Under the pieces are notes generated by a model that saw only the letters and a list, made by a program, of their open reading frames with translations, searched no databases and was not told the DNA's origin. 64,000 bases of DNA, from positions 64,114 to 128,113 of the forward strand of contig CABMEV010000010.1 in the NCBI GenBank assembly GCA_902385255.1, in the 5' to 3' direction. The position numbers were made by a program, and so were the translations under genes. Source of the stretch: Candidatus Tiddalikarchaeum anstoanum (lineage in GTDB: Archaea; Nanobdellota; Nanobdellia; Tiddalikarchaeales; Tiddalikarchaeaceae). Shown in pieces: positions 51,692-61,762 of this stretch; the first letter of the stretch is position 1; each line of letters opens with the position of its first letter.

Positions 51692-52998
51692 TTCATAATC
51701 ACTTTTTCAATTCCCTTATCAATTATTCGTATTGTTTTAAATTCTTTTGCTGTTTTCCTGCTTCTTTGCCTAAACCATTCTGCGAGATGTGTCATATTAG
51801 TTATCCAAATATTTCTTTTCTTGATGAGATTAAGCGTGAACCTTAACCCTCTAAAATCTAATGAAGGATGGTATAACACGTTTATTATTTCATTATTTTT
51901 GACCGAGTATTTGATGCTGTCAATAATTTCTCTTTTATCATGACACTCGAATAATGAAACTGGAAGTTCATAAAACTTGAATAACTTAGTTTTGTATACA
52001 GGATTAAATAATATGGATATTCCAACCAAACTCTTACTTTTTTTAGGTCTAATCTTTTTTGAAATATTTTTGCCGTAATTTATCGAAACTTCTTGGTATA
52101 ATGATGAATCGAGCGCTATTTCTGCATCATCCAGATTTTCAAGCATCAATGGCAGGAATATGTAGCCGTTATGAACTCTGGAGATTATGACTTTCTTCCC
52201 AACATAACGTTCAAGCTCTCTTTTTTGTACCAATATATTTGTAAAATTTCCATAAGCGTTATCATATAATGAATCATTTACGAATCCTTTACTGTACTCC
52301 CAAACTGTGCTTCCAAAATGCAGGCCTACTTCATCATTTTCTTTCGACGGGATGTATCCGTACCTTCCTGTTCCAAGAGGAGGAAATCTGCCATTTTCTT
52401 CTTTTGAGGTTTTTGGTGTTCTTAAAAACAGGGTTGGATATACTCCATATTTATGGCATGTTTCTAAGACATTAGGTGCAAACTTGAACCTCGTTTCCAT
52501 ACCAGCGTACCATAATGGGTAGAACATAGCTTTTAACAAGAAATCAGGGAGTTTAAGCAGGAAATTTAAAAAAAAATTATTTTTCTTCTTAATGTTTGCG
52601 TATTGTTTCTCAAAATCGATATCAAAGCTGAGCACGAATGCGCTCTCATAATTTTTGGGATAATACCACTTTGTTGTAATGGATAAATCATACGCTTTTG
52701 TTATCTCTTTTAAAATTTTAATTAAAATCTTCGGCTCATCTATGTTTGTTTGCTTGAAACTGAAAGCGTCATAAAACTGCTCTATAATCCTCTCATTTAC
52801 GTATATTGTATTATTTTCAAAAACATAATTTTTATCTAACTTTTTTTGTGTTATGAGGATTTTTCCAGTTTTTATTTTATTGCTGGAGAATATTATATCA
52901 CCTTCTGTTCCAGTTTTGTAATCAAGTCCTTCCCATTCTAAGAGGTTCTTCATTACTGCAAAAAATTTGCTGTTATCTTTTTTTAATGTAATAATCAT
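51688..52998 (-). CDS. Polysaccharide-deacetylase-like protein
   Basis: FVLSFDID, EVGLHF, RVHNG, LDSS, YELPV, LYHP; ATG 52998 preferred. Confidence 0.72.
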   Translation of the reverse strand: MIITLKKDNSKFFAVMKNLLEWEGLDYKTGTEGDIIFSSNKIKTGKILITQKKLDKNYVFENNTIYVNERIIEQFYDAFSFKQTNIDEPKILIKILKEITKAYDLSITTKWYYPKNYESAFVLSFDIDFEKQYANIKKKNNFFLNFLLKLPDFLLKAMFYPLWYAGMETRFKFAPNVLETCHKYGVYPTLFLRTPKTSKEENGRFPPLGTGRYGYIPSKENDEVGLHFGSTVWEYSKGFVNDSLYDNAYGNFTNILVQKRELERYVGKKVIISRVHNGYIFLPLMLENLDDAEIALDSSLYQEVSINYGKNISKKIRPKKSKSLVGISILFNPVYKTKLFKFYELPVSLFECHDKREIIDSIKYSVKNNEIINVLYHPSLDFRGLRFTLNLIKKRNIWITNMTHLAEWFRQRSRKTAKEFKTIRIIDKGIEKVIMK

Positions 52999-52999
52999 T

Positions 53000-53713
53000 T
53001 TATTTTTTCCTCGCAAAAATGATAATCTGGTTGGAATTGTCTTTGAAGAGATTGCTCAGCGGGAACAGGAGGAATTTGCGTATAACTGCATATCTAGAAA
53101 GTACAGGAAGGTCAAATAATATGCCTGAATATTTTAAAATCTCAAATCCGGATGTTTCTATTAACTTCTTCAGTTCTTTTGAGCTGTACCTTTTTTCACT
53201 CCAGCTCTTTTTATTTTTAGAGTAGATTACATCCTCCTCTGTTTTTTTACTAATTAACTTGTATAATATTTTTTTAATATTATCCTTATTTCCCAGACTT
53301 AGAATCAAATGGCCGTTTTTCTTGATTACTCTGTGTAATTCGTGCATCATCAAATTTTTATCATGATAGTATAATGTCTCCATACATAGAACTACATCAA
53401 AAGATTCGTCTTTGAACGGCAGTTTTACTGCATTCCCGACGAATACTTTTTCAATACTATTTTTTGCCCTAATAGCTGCCTGAAAGGATACGTCAATACC
53501 TATTATGTTGTCATAGCCTAATTCTTTTGAAAAGAAGCCTTCTCCGCATCCAACGTCGAGAATCCTTAATTTCTTATTATCTAGCGAATTCAGATAACTT
53601 TTTGTCTTCTTTACTCGCTCATAAAATTTTTCAGCCCTTATCTTGTTAGTAAATATTTCCCACGCATCTTTTCCCTTCTTATAGTAGTCTTCGAAAAATT
53701 CATTCTCATTCAT
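53000..53713 (-). CDS. Class I SAM-dependent methyltransferase
   Basis: ILDVGCGEG, LPFKDESFDVV, RVIKKNG. Confidence 0.9.
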   Translation of the reverse strand: MNENEFFEDYYKKGKDAWEIFTNKIRAEKFYERVKKTKSYLNSLDNKKLRILDVGCGEGFFSKELGYDNIIGIDVSFQAAIRAKNSIEKVFVGNAVKLPFKDESFDVVLCMETLYYHDKNLMMHELHRVIKKNGHLILSLGNKDNIKKILYKLISKKTEEDVIYSKNKKSWSEKRYSSKELKKLIETSGFEILKYSGILFDLPVLSRYAVIRKFLLFPLSNLFKDNSNQIIIFARKK

Positions 53714-54788
53714 TTAATTCACCTTGTGTCAGGCAGTCAAATATCTGCGATGTGTATAATAATGATTCATCATTCCTGAAGTTAACATCAAATAACTCCC
53801 TTTTTATCCTCTCCTTTATTCTTTTAATTCGCGTCATCGTTTCATATGTTAATCCTATGCTGGCATCTCCAGTTAACTCATTAATGCATCCTTTTGCCAG
53901 GCCAATTAATGAAAATCTCTTTTCATATCTTGGGAATGCGCCTTTATTGTTCTGCATTTTTGAAAGGATATTGATGCAAGTTTTCAGCTCTTCTTTATAC
54001 CCTTGTTCTTTGAAGCAGTAAGCTCCAAAACCATAAGCGCCGCTGGTTTTGTGGGAAAACATTAAGTGGCTTTTCTCCCACATGAAACCATTGTCATTTA
54101 TCGAGTTAGACAGCCATTGTCCGCCTTTTTCAAGGCTGATATCTAGATACTTATTCTTGATTTTGGATAATAACAAGTAATACATCGTTGTTCCCTGGTA
54201 GTGTATGTCAGGCACGTTTAAATGATACTCATAAGGGTAGCTTTGCACAGGCGTCGAGTACGGGTAAGCCCCATTTTTGAACTGGTGTCTTGCTATATTG
54301 AATATGCACCTTTCGCTCGCGTCTAATAATTTCTTGTTTTTCAATTCTTTTCCAAGATAACTTATGAAGGAGAGTACCGTAGCGTTAACGTTTAAGACAT
54401 CAGCGTAATGCTTGTATGATTTTATGAAAAATCCAGGACTGAACTCTTTTGTAAGAACATAATCAGCGGCCTTCTTTGCACAAATCAGGAATTTTTTACT
54501 GCCAGACTGCCTAAATGCATCAACCATAACCCTGCCGCATATGCTAGTTACTACAGTGCTCTCCTCATTCAAGTCAGGATGTATCTCATTCCAGCTGCCA
54601 TTACCATTCTGCCTTTTTAAAACCCAATTCAGTGATTTGTAAGCTTGTTCTTTCTCTTCCATAAAGAGCAGGCTTTTTCCGATTTCTGCACCAACCCTGT
54701 TTCTTTTGATGTTTAATACTGGGTCCAGGAAAGAACCATCTTCTCCCTGCAGGTTTAAAATGTAATCTTTTATTTTTTTAGTAATCAT
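53706..54788 (-). CDS. Alpha/alpha-toroid protein with prenyltransferase/squalene-cyclase-like QW repeats
   Basis: LQGEDGSF, RQNGNGSW, HQFKNGAY, MQNNKGAF; ATG 54788 in ATGA overlap. Confidence 0.7.
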   Translation of the reverse strand: MITKKIKDYILNLQGEDGSFLDPVLNIKRNRVGAEIGKSLLFMEEKEQAYKSLNWVLKRQNGNGSWNEIHPDLNEESTVVTSICGRVMVDAFRQSGSKKFLICAKKAADYVLTKEFSPGFFIKSYKHYADVLNVNATVLSFISYLGKELKNKKLLDASERCIFNIARHQFKNGAYPYSTPVQSYPYEYHLNVPDIHYQGTTMYYLLLSKIKNKYLDISLEKGGQWLSNSINDNGFMWEKSHLMFSHKTSGAYGFGAYCFKEQGYKEELKTCINILSKMQNNKGAFPRYEKRFSLIGLAKGCINELTGDASIGLTYETMTRIKRIKERIKRELFDVNFRNDESLLYTSQIFDCLTQGELNE

Positions 54789-55906
54789 ATTTTTTTGCAT
54801 ACCTTTAGTAATTTTTTGCACTGCTTATCCCTGCTGAATTCTAATGCCGCCTTTCTGCAGTTATTTGAATAATAACTCTTATTTTTTAATAATTTAATTA
54901 TTGCAGCGTTTATCTTTTTAGGGTCTTCACTTGAAACAAAGACACCTAAGGAGTACTTCTTCATGAATTTATCCATATCCCCGTTTTTATACCCTATTGC
55001 GAGTATTGGTTTTTCCGCACCTAAGTACTCTAATAGTTTGGACGGGAGGGCGTAAGCCCATAATTTTTCAGGCTTTAATCCGACATATAATATTGCTGCA
55101 CTTTTAAGATAGCTAAATACATCCTCATGTTTCACTTCATCTTTTATTATAACATTTTTATTGCGCTGTCGTAATTCCTCTTTTCCAGGACCAGAGCCTA
55201 TAACCAAAAGATTTGCATTATCCGGCAATGCGTTTAATACACTTAAAACCCCTCTGGTTTTATATATAGTTCCCATGTAAAGGAGTGTATTATCTTTTAA
55301 ACCGATTGTTTTGGCTTTGGCAAACGACTGCAAGTCTGGTCCGTTAAACACAACTTCAAATTTTTCCTCATCAATACCATGAATCTGGATTAATTCTTCT
55401 TTAATAGCTGGATTTGTCACTATTATCTTTTCAGCTTTTTTATATATCATTTTTAGAAATGGTCTTGCGATTAGGGCGGTTAATGAGTCTTTTTTTATGT
55501 AGCCTTTGTGTGCGTCTATTTCAAAGTTAAAATTTCTAATCCAGATGTCCCTCACTTCAACTATTAATTTTTTTCCGGTAAATAAACTCAGCAGGTATCC
55601 TGCGAACAAGTCCACTATAGGGGGGCTAGTTGCAAATATGCAGTCTATTTTCTCCTCTTTAATTGTCTTATACCCTTTTGTTATCAGGGATAACAGGTAG
55701 CCCGCGCCTGGGAATATCAGTGTTGCTGCGCGGCCTTCAACGCCGAGAACCTTAATGTTTTTCCTGATTTTCGAAGTCTTATTTTTTTTGGAGAGTACGA
55801 AAAGTTTGAACTCTTTCGATAATTCTTCAGTCTGGTACTTTGCCCGGATGCTCCCGCCGTTTATTACAGGAGGATACTCCAATGTTATGTACAATATTTT
55901 TTTCAT
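54785..55906 (-). CDS. Glycosyltransferase family 4 (WbuB-like)
   Basis: YPP..GGSIR, ATSPP, EVRDIW, NG, PSKLLEYLGAEKP. Confidence 0.88.
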   Translation of the reverse strand: MKKILYITLEYPPVINGGSIRAKYQTEELSKEFKLFVLSKKNKTSKIRKNIKVLGVEGRAATLIFPGAGYLLSLITKGYKTIKEEKIDCIFATSPPIVDLFAGYLLSLFTGKKLIVEVRDIWIRNFNFEIDAHKGYIKKDSLTALIARPFLKMIYKKAEKIIVTNPAIKEELIQIHGIDEEKFEVVFNGPDLQSFAKAKTIGLKDNTLLYMGTIYKTRGVLSVLNALPDNANLLVIGSGPGKEELRQRNKNVIIKDEVKHEDVFSYLKSAAILYVGLKPEKLWAYALPSKLLEYLGAEKPILAIGYKNGDMDKFMKKYSLGVFVSSEDPKKINAAIIKLLKNKSYYSNNCRKAALEFSRDKQCKKLLKVCKKI

Positions 55907-57327
55907 GCAAATACTTTCCTTATCTTATTGAATATGTAATCTTTTTCATCCTTTGTTATAACTGAAATTATTATGCAAAATGAAGCTAGTATGACAAGTA
56001 TTGAGACTATTATTCTTAAATACAAGTCGAACTTATACGCTTCCCTAAGTATCAGGATTGCAACAGTATTTACGAATGTAAGCCAGATTATGTTCTTATT
56101 AATCTTAGTCTTGAACATTAATATGAGCATGACTGTCATACTCAGGTAATAAACTATCTGTGATATTCCTGCGCCGAATACCCCGAATCTGTCAATTAAA
56201 AATATCAGGGCCACTGCATCAATCACGAGTCCTAACAGGTATAATAAAGGCATTTTTTTGATATCCCCGCTTCCGAAGTAAAACTTGTTTAAAATCGAGT
56301 AAGTCAGCTGGAATAATCCGGCTATGAATAATGGGAATGCCAAAGTAACTGCATTTCTGAACTCGTCGCCAAAGATTATTATTATAGTTTCTGGGATTGT
56401 TGCAAAGAGTATTGATGCTGTAAAATATAATATTATGTCATACTTTAATGTCTTGTTTATGAAATATTCTTTTTTGTCCTCTTCAAGCTGTGATGAAGCG
56501 CTGAGCATAGTGTTTGCAAGGCTGACTGATACAATATTAAGTATGGATAAGAATGTGAATGCCGAATAGTAAAATCCTACATCTATTGTTGATAACAGCG
56601 ATCCGATTAGAATCTTGTCCAGGTTTTGCGAGATTATGCCCATTATTGTAATGACGAACGCGATTAAGCTGTAGTTTAGGATGTCTCTGCGGAGTTCTGT
56701 CTTGAATTTTTCAAGCAGGCTTATTTTGTTGATTAATGGTTTTAGGAAAATTATTAATACTAATATTGTTGAGACTACTGTTGCCAAAACTATTGATGTA
56801 ATATCCTGTTTGTAAATCACTGCGAGAACAATGATGATTGCCAGGTACAAAACTTGCTTAATATTGTCCATTAAAACCATTTTTACATAATCCCTTAATC
56901 CCCTGAAACTGAAATAAAATATTGTGTATATATTGCCGAAAATAATTATCAGCGATGCTATTTTCAATAAAGGTTCAATTGAAATGTCATTGTATATGGT
57001 GATTGCTAAAAACCTGCTGAACGTAAAATGCAATACTGCAGCTATGGTTGATGTAGCAAGCACTATGAAAATTATTATCTTATAATACGGCAAAAAATTT
57101 ATTTTGTCTTTTTGATAACTTGCTAGAAACTTGCTTAGCGTTGTTTCAAGTCCTAAGAGCGAGATTTCTGAGAATAACGTAACCGAAACGAGTGATAGTG
57201 TGATTTGACCAACACCCAAAGGTCCAAAAATCCTTGAAATAATCATTAAAGCTATGACAGTGACTACTTTTTGTGTTACTGAACCTACAGTCAGCACGGC
57301 GCTTTCCTTTAAATACTGCTTTATCAT
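55903..57327 (-). CDS. Wzx/MOP-family oligosaccharide flippase
   Basis: About 12-14 TM; SRIFGPLGVG, DKILIG..LS..DVGFY, FGVFGAG. Confidence 0.88.
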   Translation of the reverse strand: MIKQYLKESAVLTVGSVTQKVVTVIALMIISRIFGPLGVGQITLSLVSVTLFSEISLLGLETTLSKFLASYQKDKINFLPYYKIIIFIVLATSTIAAVLHFTFSRFLAITIYNDISIEPLLKIASLIIIFGNIYTIFYFSFRGLRDYVKMVLMDNIKQVLYLAIIIVLAVIYKQDITSIVLATVVSTILVLIIFLKPLINKISLLEKFKTELRRDILNYSLIAFVITIMGIISQNLDKILIGSLLSTIDVGFYYSAFTFLSILNIVSVSLANTMLSASSQLEEDKKEYFINKTLKYDIILYFTASILFATIPETIIIIFGDEFRNAVTLAFPLFIAGLFQLTYSILNKFYFGSGDIKKMPLLYLLGLVIDAVALIFLIDRFGVFGAGISQIVYYLSMTVMLILMFKTKINKNIIWLTFVNTVAILILREAYKFDLYLRIIVSILVILASFCIIISVITKDEKDYIFNKIRKVFA

Positions 57328-57430
57328 TTAGAGAATTCTAATGCATTTATATTTAAAAATAGTATAGAAATGCCCATTTTAAGCTGATGAAAACCTTTTT
57401 AATCGAAAATTTTTATTTATAGGCATAAGT

Positions 57431-58378
57431 ATGACTATCTTGGTTACAGGTTCAGCAGGCTTTATCGGTTCTCATATAGTTCAGAAACTTTTAGAAAAAG
57501 GAGAGAAAATTATTGGCGTGGACAATTTTGACATGCTTTATGAGCCATCCTATAAGCTTCGCAACATTTCAGAATTCGTAGATAATAAGAATTTTATATT
57601 CAAGACTATTGATTTTAGGAATTTTAAGGATGTGGAATCCTTATTCAAAGAATATCCTATAACAAAAATAATACATCTTGGCGCAAGAGCAGGCGTTAGG
57701 CCTTCAATAGATGACCCTTTCATTTACCAGGATATTAATGTAAAAGGCACGCTTAATCTTTTAGAATTGGCCAGGCTTAATAAAATCCAAAATTTTATTT
57801 TCGCATCATCTTCAAGCGTTTATGGAAACTCCAAAAAAGTGCCTTTTAATGAAATGGATTCCGCAGACAGGCCAATCTCTCCTTATGCGGCAAGCAAAAG
57901 GGCTGCTGAACTATTATGTTTTAACTATAGCCACCTGTATAATATTCCCGTTTCATGTTTGCGCTTCTTCACTGTTTACGGCCCAAGGCAGAGGCCCGAG
58001 ATGGCTATAGCGAGTTTTACAAAAAAGATTGATGAAGGAAAAGAGATATCTCTGTACGGAGATGGAGATTCAAGCAGGGATTACACTTACATTGATGACA
58101 TAACAGACGGTATTCTGAAAGCATTAAATAAGAAATTCAGTTACGAAATAATAAATCTTGGAAATTCAAATCCTATAAAACTTAAATACTTGGTTTCACT
58201 TATTGAGAAAGAATTAGGCAAAAAAGCAGTTATTAAATTCCTGCCAAAACAAGCAGGGGATGTTGAAACAACATACGCTGATATCTCAAAAGCCCAAAAA
58301 TTATTGGAGTATAAACCTTCAATAACAATAGAAGAGGGAATTAAAAGGTACGTAGTGTGGTATAAGAAGAACAAATAA
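57431..58378 (+). CDS. NAD-dependent epimerase, UDP-glucuronate 4-epimerase-like
   Basis: GSAGFIG, HLGARAGVRPS, ASSSSVYG, PYAASK, RFFTVYGPRQRPEMA, RDYTYIDD. Confidence 0.88.
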   Translation: MTILVTGSAGFIGSHIVQKLLEKGEKIIGVDNFDMLYEPSYKLRNISEFVDNKNFIFKTIDFRNFKDVESLFKEYPITKIIHLGARAGVRPSIDDPFIYQDINVKGTLNLLELARLNKIQNFIFASSSSVYGNSKKVPFNEMDSADRPISPYAASKRAAELLCFNYSHLYNIPVSCLRFFTVYGPRQRPEMAIASFTKKIDEGKEISLYGDGDSSRDYTYIDDITDGILKALNKKFSYEIINLGNSNPIKLKYLVSLIEKELGKKAVIKFLPKQAGDVETTYADISKAQKLLEYKPSITIEEGIKRYVVWYKKNK

Positions 58379-58382
58379 AAAA

Positions 58383-59213
58383 TTATAATACGTAGCCTAT
58401 TGCGAATATTAAATTTCTTATAATGCTAATAAACGATAATTTAATCTTATAACCCAGACTCAGATTATCATACCTTATTATATTTATAATAAATATAATC
58501 AGTAATAGCGGCGGGAAAACTACGGCGGTTAAGAATAATATAATTTTGGCTGCAGGGAGATTATTATTCTTTATGTAAAATTTATGCATGTTTTTCGAGA
58601 ATTTCCATGTTCTTTTAACTAATTTTGTCATACTGTCAGGTTCGCCTAAATGATACTGGACTGCTTTTTTTTCAAAAAATATTTCGTATCCTAATTTTCT
58701 TATTCTTATACCTAAATCAATATCCTCCCCATATTCGAGCGTTTCGTCAAAGCCGCCTGCTTCTCTTAATACTTTTTTTCTTAAAATCCACGCGTTTTTC
58801 GGGCTGAAATTATTATTTTGGCGCAATTCAAATTCTTCCTGCAGTGTTTTCGCAACCCAAGTTTTAGGTTGGTACAATTCCCTTTTATCGAGCATGCAGG
58901 ATATTTTAGCGTCCGTCATCCTCATCTTGACTATTTTAATATAATTATCATAATAAATTGAGTCTGATTCTATGAAGATTATAACGTCATTTTTTGCATT
59001 TTTCCATCCCGTATTTCTTGCAGCCGAACGATTGCATCTTTTTTTAATTATTTTAGCGCCGTATCTTTTTGCAATGTCTAAAGTTTTATCTGTTGAATAA
59101 GAATCAACTATTATTAACTCGTCATTTTTTTCTAATTGTTTGTTTAATGAATATAAGCAGGCGTCAAGTGTTTTTTCCGTATTTATTGTTGGAATTACTA
59201 AACTAATATTCAT
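58383..59213 (-). CDS. Glycosyltransferase family 2
   Basis: VIPT, VDSYSTDKT, ARNTG, ESD, GGFDE..GEDIDL. Confidence 0.88.
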   Translation of the reverse strand: MNISLVIPTINTEKTLDACLYSLNKQLEKNDELIIVDSYSTDKTLDIAKRYGAKIIKKRCNRSAARNTGWKNAKNDVIIFIESDSIYYDNYIKIVKMRMTDAKISCMLDKRELYQPKTWVAKTLQEEFELRQNNNFSPKNAWILRKKVLREAGGFDETLEYGEDIDLGIRIRKLGYEIFFEKKAVQYHLGEPDSMTKLVKRTWKFSKNMHKFYIKNNNLPAAKIILFLTAVVFPPLLLIIFIINIIRYDNLSLGYKIKLSFISIIRNLIFAIGYVL

Positions 59214-59240
59214 ATAGTTATTAGATTGATTGGGTGATTT

Positions 59241-59993
59241 TTATTTCTTTTTAAAATAGTCCCATGCTTCTTCTACGCTGTCCCAGTTTCCCATATCCAA
59301 GTACATCGCATTTGTTGATACTACTTTTATCTTTTCGCCGTTCTTCAGCGCTGTCTTGAATACGTCAGGGACTTGGTATTCTCCTTTTAATCCAGGGGGA
59401 GTCTTCTCGATGTAGTCAAACACTTTCTTGTTGAATATGTAAATGCCAAGATTAACCAAGTATTTCCCGTTTACTTTGAATGGTTTTGCCTGTTCAAGTG
59501 TCGGCTTCTCAATTGTGTCAACTAATTCTCCTTTGTCATTGACTCTTAGTATTCCGTAAAGTGTCGGGTTATCAACTTCTCTGGCTAAGATAGTGGCAAA
59601 AGGCTTCTCCTTCTTGTGAACAAGGACTGCTTTTTTCATCTCATCTTCTGGATTAATAAAAGCATCACCAACGTGAACAATGAAATCCTCATCTATCCAT
59701 CCTTTTCCCTGCAGAATCGCGTGAGCAAGACCTTTTCTCTCTTCCTGAAATAAGTAGCCAATCTTCAATTTTCCGCTGTTAAACATTGTTCCATCACCTA
59801 AGTGGTCTATGATTGCACCCTTATGGCTTCCTACTATTACAAATATCTTATCAACGCCTGCGTAATTGTGCAATGTTTCAACAACGTGGTCAATGACGGC
59901 TTTTCTCTGGACGGGGAATAATTCTTTTGGGTTTGCTTTTGTGAATGGGTACATCCTTGTGCCGCTTCCTGCTGCTGGTATTAATCCAATCAT
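59241..59993 (-). CDS. Sugar-1-phosphate nucleotidyltransferase (RmlA/GalU-like), paralog B
   Basis: PAAGSGTRMYP..PKEL, QEERKGLAHA, GD, EKP, GEYQ, LDMG. Confidence 0.9.
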   Translation of the reverse strand: MIGLIPAAGSGTRMYPFTKANPKELFPVQRKAVIDHVVETLHNYAGVDKIFVIVGSHKGAIIDHLGDGTMFNSGKLKIGYLFQEERKGLAHAILQGKGWIDEDFIVHVGDAFINPEDEMKKAVLVHKKEKPFATILAREVDNPTLYGILRVNDKGELVDTIEKPTLEQAKPFKVNGKYLVNLGIYIFNKKVFDYIEKTPPGLKGEYQVPDVFKTALKNGEKIKVVSTNAMYLDMGNWDSVEEAWDYFKKK

Positions 59994-59995
59994 AT

Positions 59996-60775
59996 TTATT
60001 TTTTCACATCCTTTTCCTCTTTTTTAAGATTTCTAAAAAATTCGTTGGCTTTCTCGACACTCTCCCAGTTTCCTATATCTATATACTCGCCTTTTATTTT
60101 CACTACGCGTATCTTTTTGCCGTCTTTCAATGCCAGCTTTATAGAGTCTGTTATCTGGTACTCATCCTTTACACCTTTCGGGGTCTTTTCGATGTAAGAA
60201 AAAATCTCAGGTGAGAATATGTAAATCGCAGTCAGCGCCAAGTATTTATTACCCACTTTGTAGCTCTTTGCCTGTTCTAATGTCGGCTTCTCAAAAGTAT
60301 CAACTAAGTAATTTTTATTATCAACTTTTACAATACCATGATGAGTCGGGTCCTCAAGTTCAGTGACGAGTATTGTTGCAAAAGGCTTCTCCTTCCTTTG
60401 AATATTAACAGCATCCTTTAATTCGTCTTTAGGATGGATGAATGAATCTCCTGCGTGAACGATGAAGTCCTCGCTAATCCAGTTTTTTGCCTGGTAAATC
60501 GCGTGCGCGAGTCCAAGACGCTCTTCCTGAAAAAGGTATGCTATGCTTAAGTCGTTGCTGTCATCTTTGCCTCCGCTTCCAACGTGGTCTATTATTGCAC
60601 CTTTATGGCTTCCGACGATTATTAGTATCTTGTCAACACCCATGTATTTGTGCAAAGATTCTATTACGTGGTCTATCACTGCACGCCTCTCTATTGGGAA
60701 TAATTCTTTTGGGTTTGCTTTTGTGAATGGGTACATCCTTGTGCCGCTCCCTGCTGCTGGTATTATTCCTATCAT
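59996..60775 (-). CDS. Sugar-1-phosphate nucleotidyltransferase (RmlA/GalU-like), paralog A
   Basis: PAAGSGTRMYP..PKEL, QEERLGLAHA, GD, EKP, EYQITD, IDIG; ATG 60775 in ATGA overlap. Confidence 0.9.
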   Translation of the reverse strand: MIGIIPAAGSGTRMYPFTKANPKELFPIERRAVIDHVIESLHKYMGVDKILIIVGSHKGAIIDHVGSGGKDDSNDLSIAYLFQEERLGLAHAIYQAKNWISEDFIVHAGDSFIHPKDELKDAVNIQRKEKPFATILVTELEDPTHHGIVKVDNKNYLVDTFEKPTLEQAKSYKVGNKYLALTAIYIFSPEIFSYIEKTPKGVKDEYQITDSIKLALKDGKKIRVVKIKGEYIDIGNWESVEKANEFFRNLKKEEKDVKK

Positions 60776-61701
60776 TCTTTCATCCACTCAATCATTTTTG
60801 CCAAGCCCGTTTCGAGTTTTATTTTAGGAGACCAGTTTAAGAGCTTTTTAGCTTTGGTGATATCAGGAACTCTCTGCGGAGGGTCGTCCATTGGCAGGTC
60901 TTTGAAAATTATCTTCGATTTGGAATTCGTGACTTTTACTATTTTTTTTGCAAGTTCCAGAATGGTAACTTCTTCAGGGTTGCCTATGTTGATAACTTCA
61001 CCATTTAACTCCTTCTTCGTTGCAAGCGTGTATATTCCTTCAATTAAATCATCGACGAAGCAGAAACTCCTAGTCTGTTTCCCGTCTCCGTAAATAGTTA
61101 TTGGTTCATTATCCAGTGCTTGCATGATGAAATTAGTCATTACCCTGCCGTCGTTGTACCTCATGTGGGGTCCGTAAGTGTTGAAAATTCTGACAATCCT
61201 GCAGTCAATGTTGAATTTGTGAATGAACTCATAGCATAACGCCTCTCCAAAACGCTTGCTTTCGTCATAACAGCTTCTTGGTCCGAAACTGTTAACGTAG
61301 CCGTAATAAGTTTCCGGTGTAGGTATCACTTCTGCCTTGCCGTAAACCTCGCTTGTGCTTGCGAATAAGAAGCGGGCGCTGTCTTTCTGTGCTTTTTTCA
61401 AAAGATTGAATGTGCCTATGCTGTTGGCGAGTAATGTGTCAAAAGAGTTAGTCTGATAATCGCTCGGGCTTGCCCTGCTTGCGAAGTGGAGTATTAAGTC
61501 AACTTTTTCAATATCATCCAGGTCTTTTGTAACATCTTTCTGCATGAATTTGAATCTTCCTGTTTTTCCAAGGTCTTCAATGTTATTTAGTGAACCAGTT
61601 CCCAAATGGTCTATGCAGATTACTTCATTGCCTGTATTTACGAATTTGCTGCAGAGGTGGCTGCCTATGAATCCAGCGCCTCCGGTAATTAAGACTTTCA
61701 T
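60772..61701 (-). CDS. UDP-glucuronate decarboxylase (UDP-xylose synthase) family
   Basis: GGAGFIG, ASP, STSEVYG, GPRSCYDESKR, RIFNTYGP, DGRV, QTRSFC, DDP; ATG 61701. Confidence 0.9.
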   Translation of the reverse strand: MKVLITGGAGFIGSHLCSKFVNTGNEVICIDHLGTGSLNNIEDLGKTGRFKFMQKDVTKDLDDIEKVDLILHFASRASPSDYQTNSFDTLLANSIGTFNLLKKAQKDSARFLFASTSEVYGKAEVIPTPETYYGYVNSFGPRSCYDESKRFGEALCYEFIHKFNIDCRIVRIFNTYGPHMRYNDGRVMTNFIMQALDNEPITIYGDGKQTRSFCFVDDLIEGIYTLATKKELNGEVINIGNPEEVTILELAKKIVKVTNSKSKIIFKDLPMDDPPQRVPDITKAKKLLNWSPKIKLETGLAKMIEWMKE

Positions 61702-61739
61702 AATAGTAATCAATCACTGCTAATTATAAATATATTACC

Positions 61740-61762
61740 TTTATCCTACTTGGTAGGATAAA
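61740..61762. promoter_or_regulatory. Perfect inverted repeat TTTATCCTAC-ttg-GTAGGATAAA in a divergent promoter (candidate operator)
   Basis: 10-bp arms with a 3-bp spacer, between the TATA-like boxes of the divergent UXS and RHH-NTase genes. Confidence 0.6.

Noticed and set aside
53706-54788. Hopanoid/terpene cyclase biosynthetic cluster
   Set aside because: The protein is about half the length of a squalene-hopene cyclase, lacks DxDD, and no isoprenoid genes are nearby
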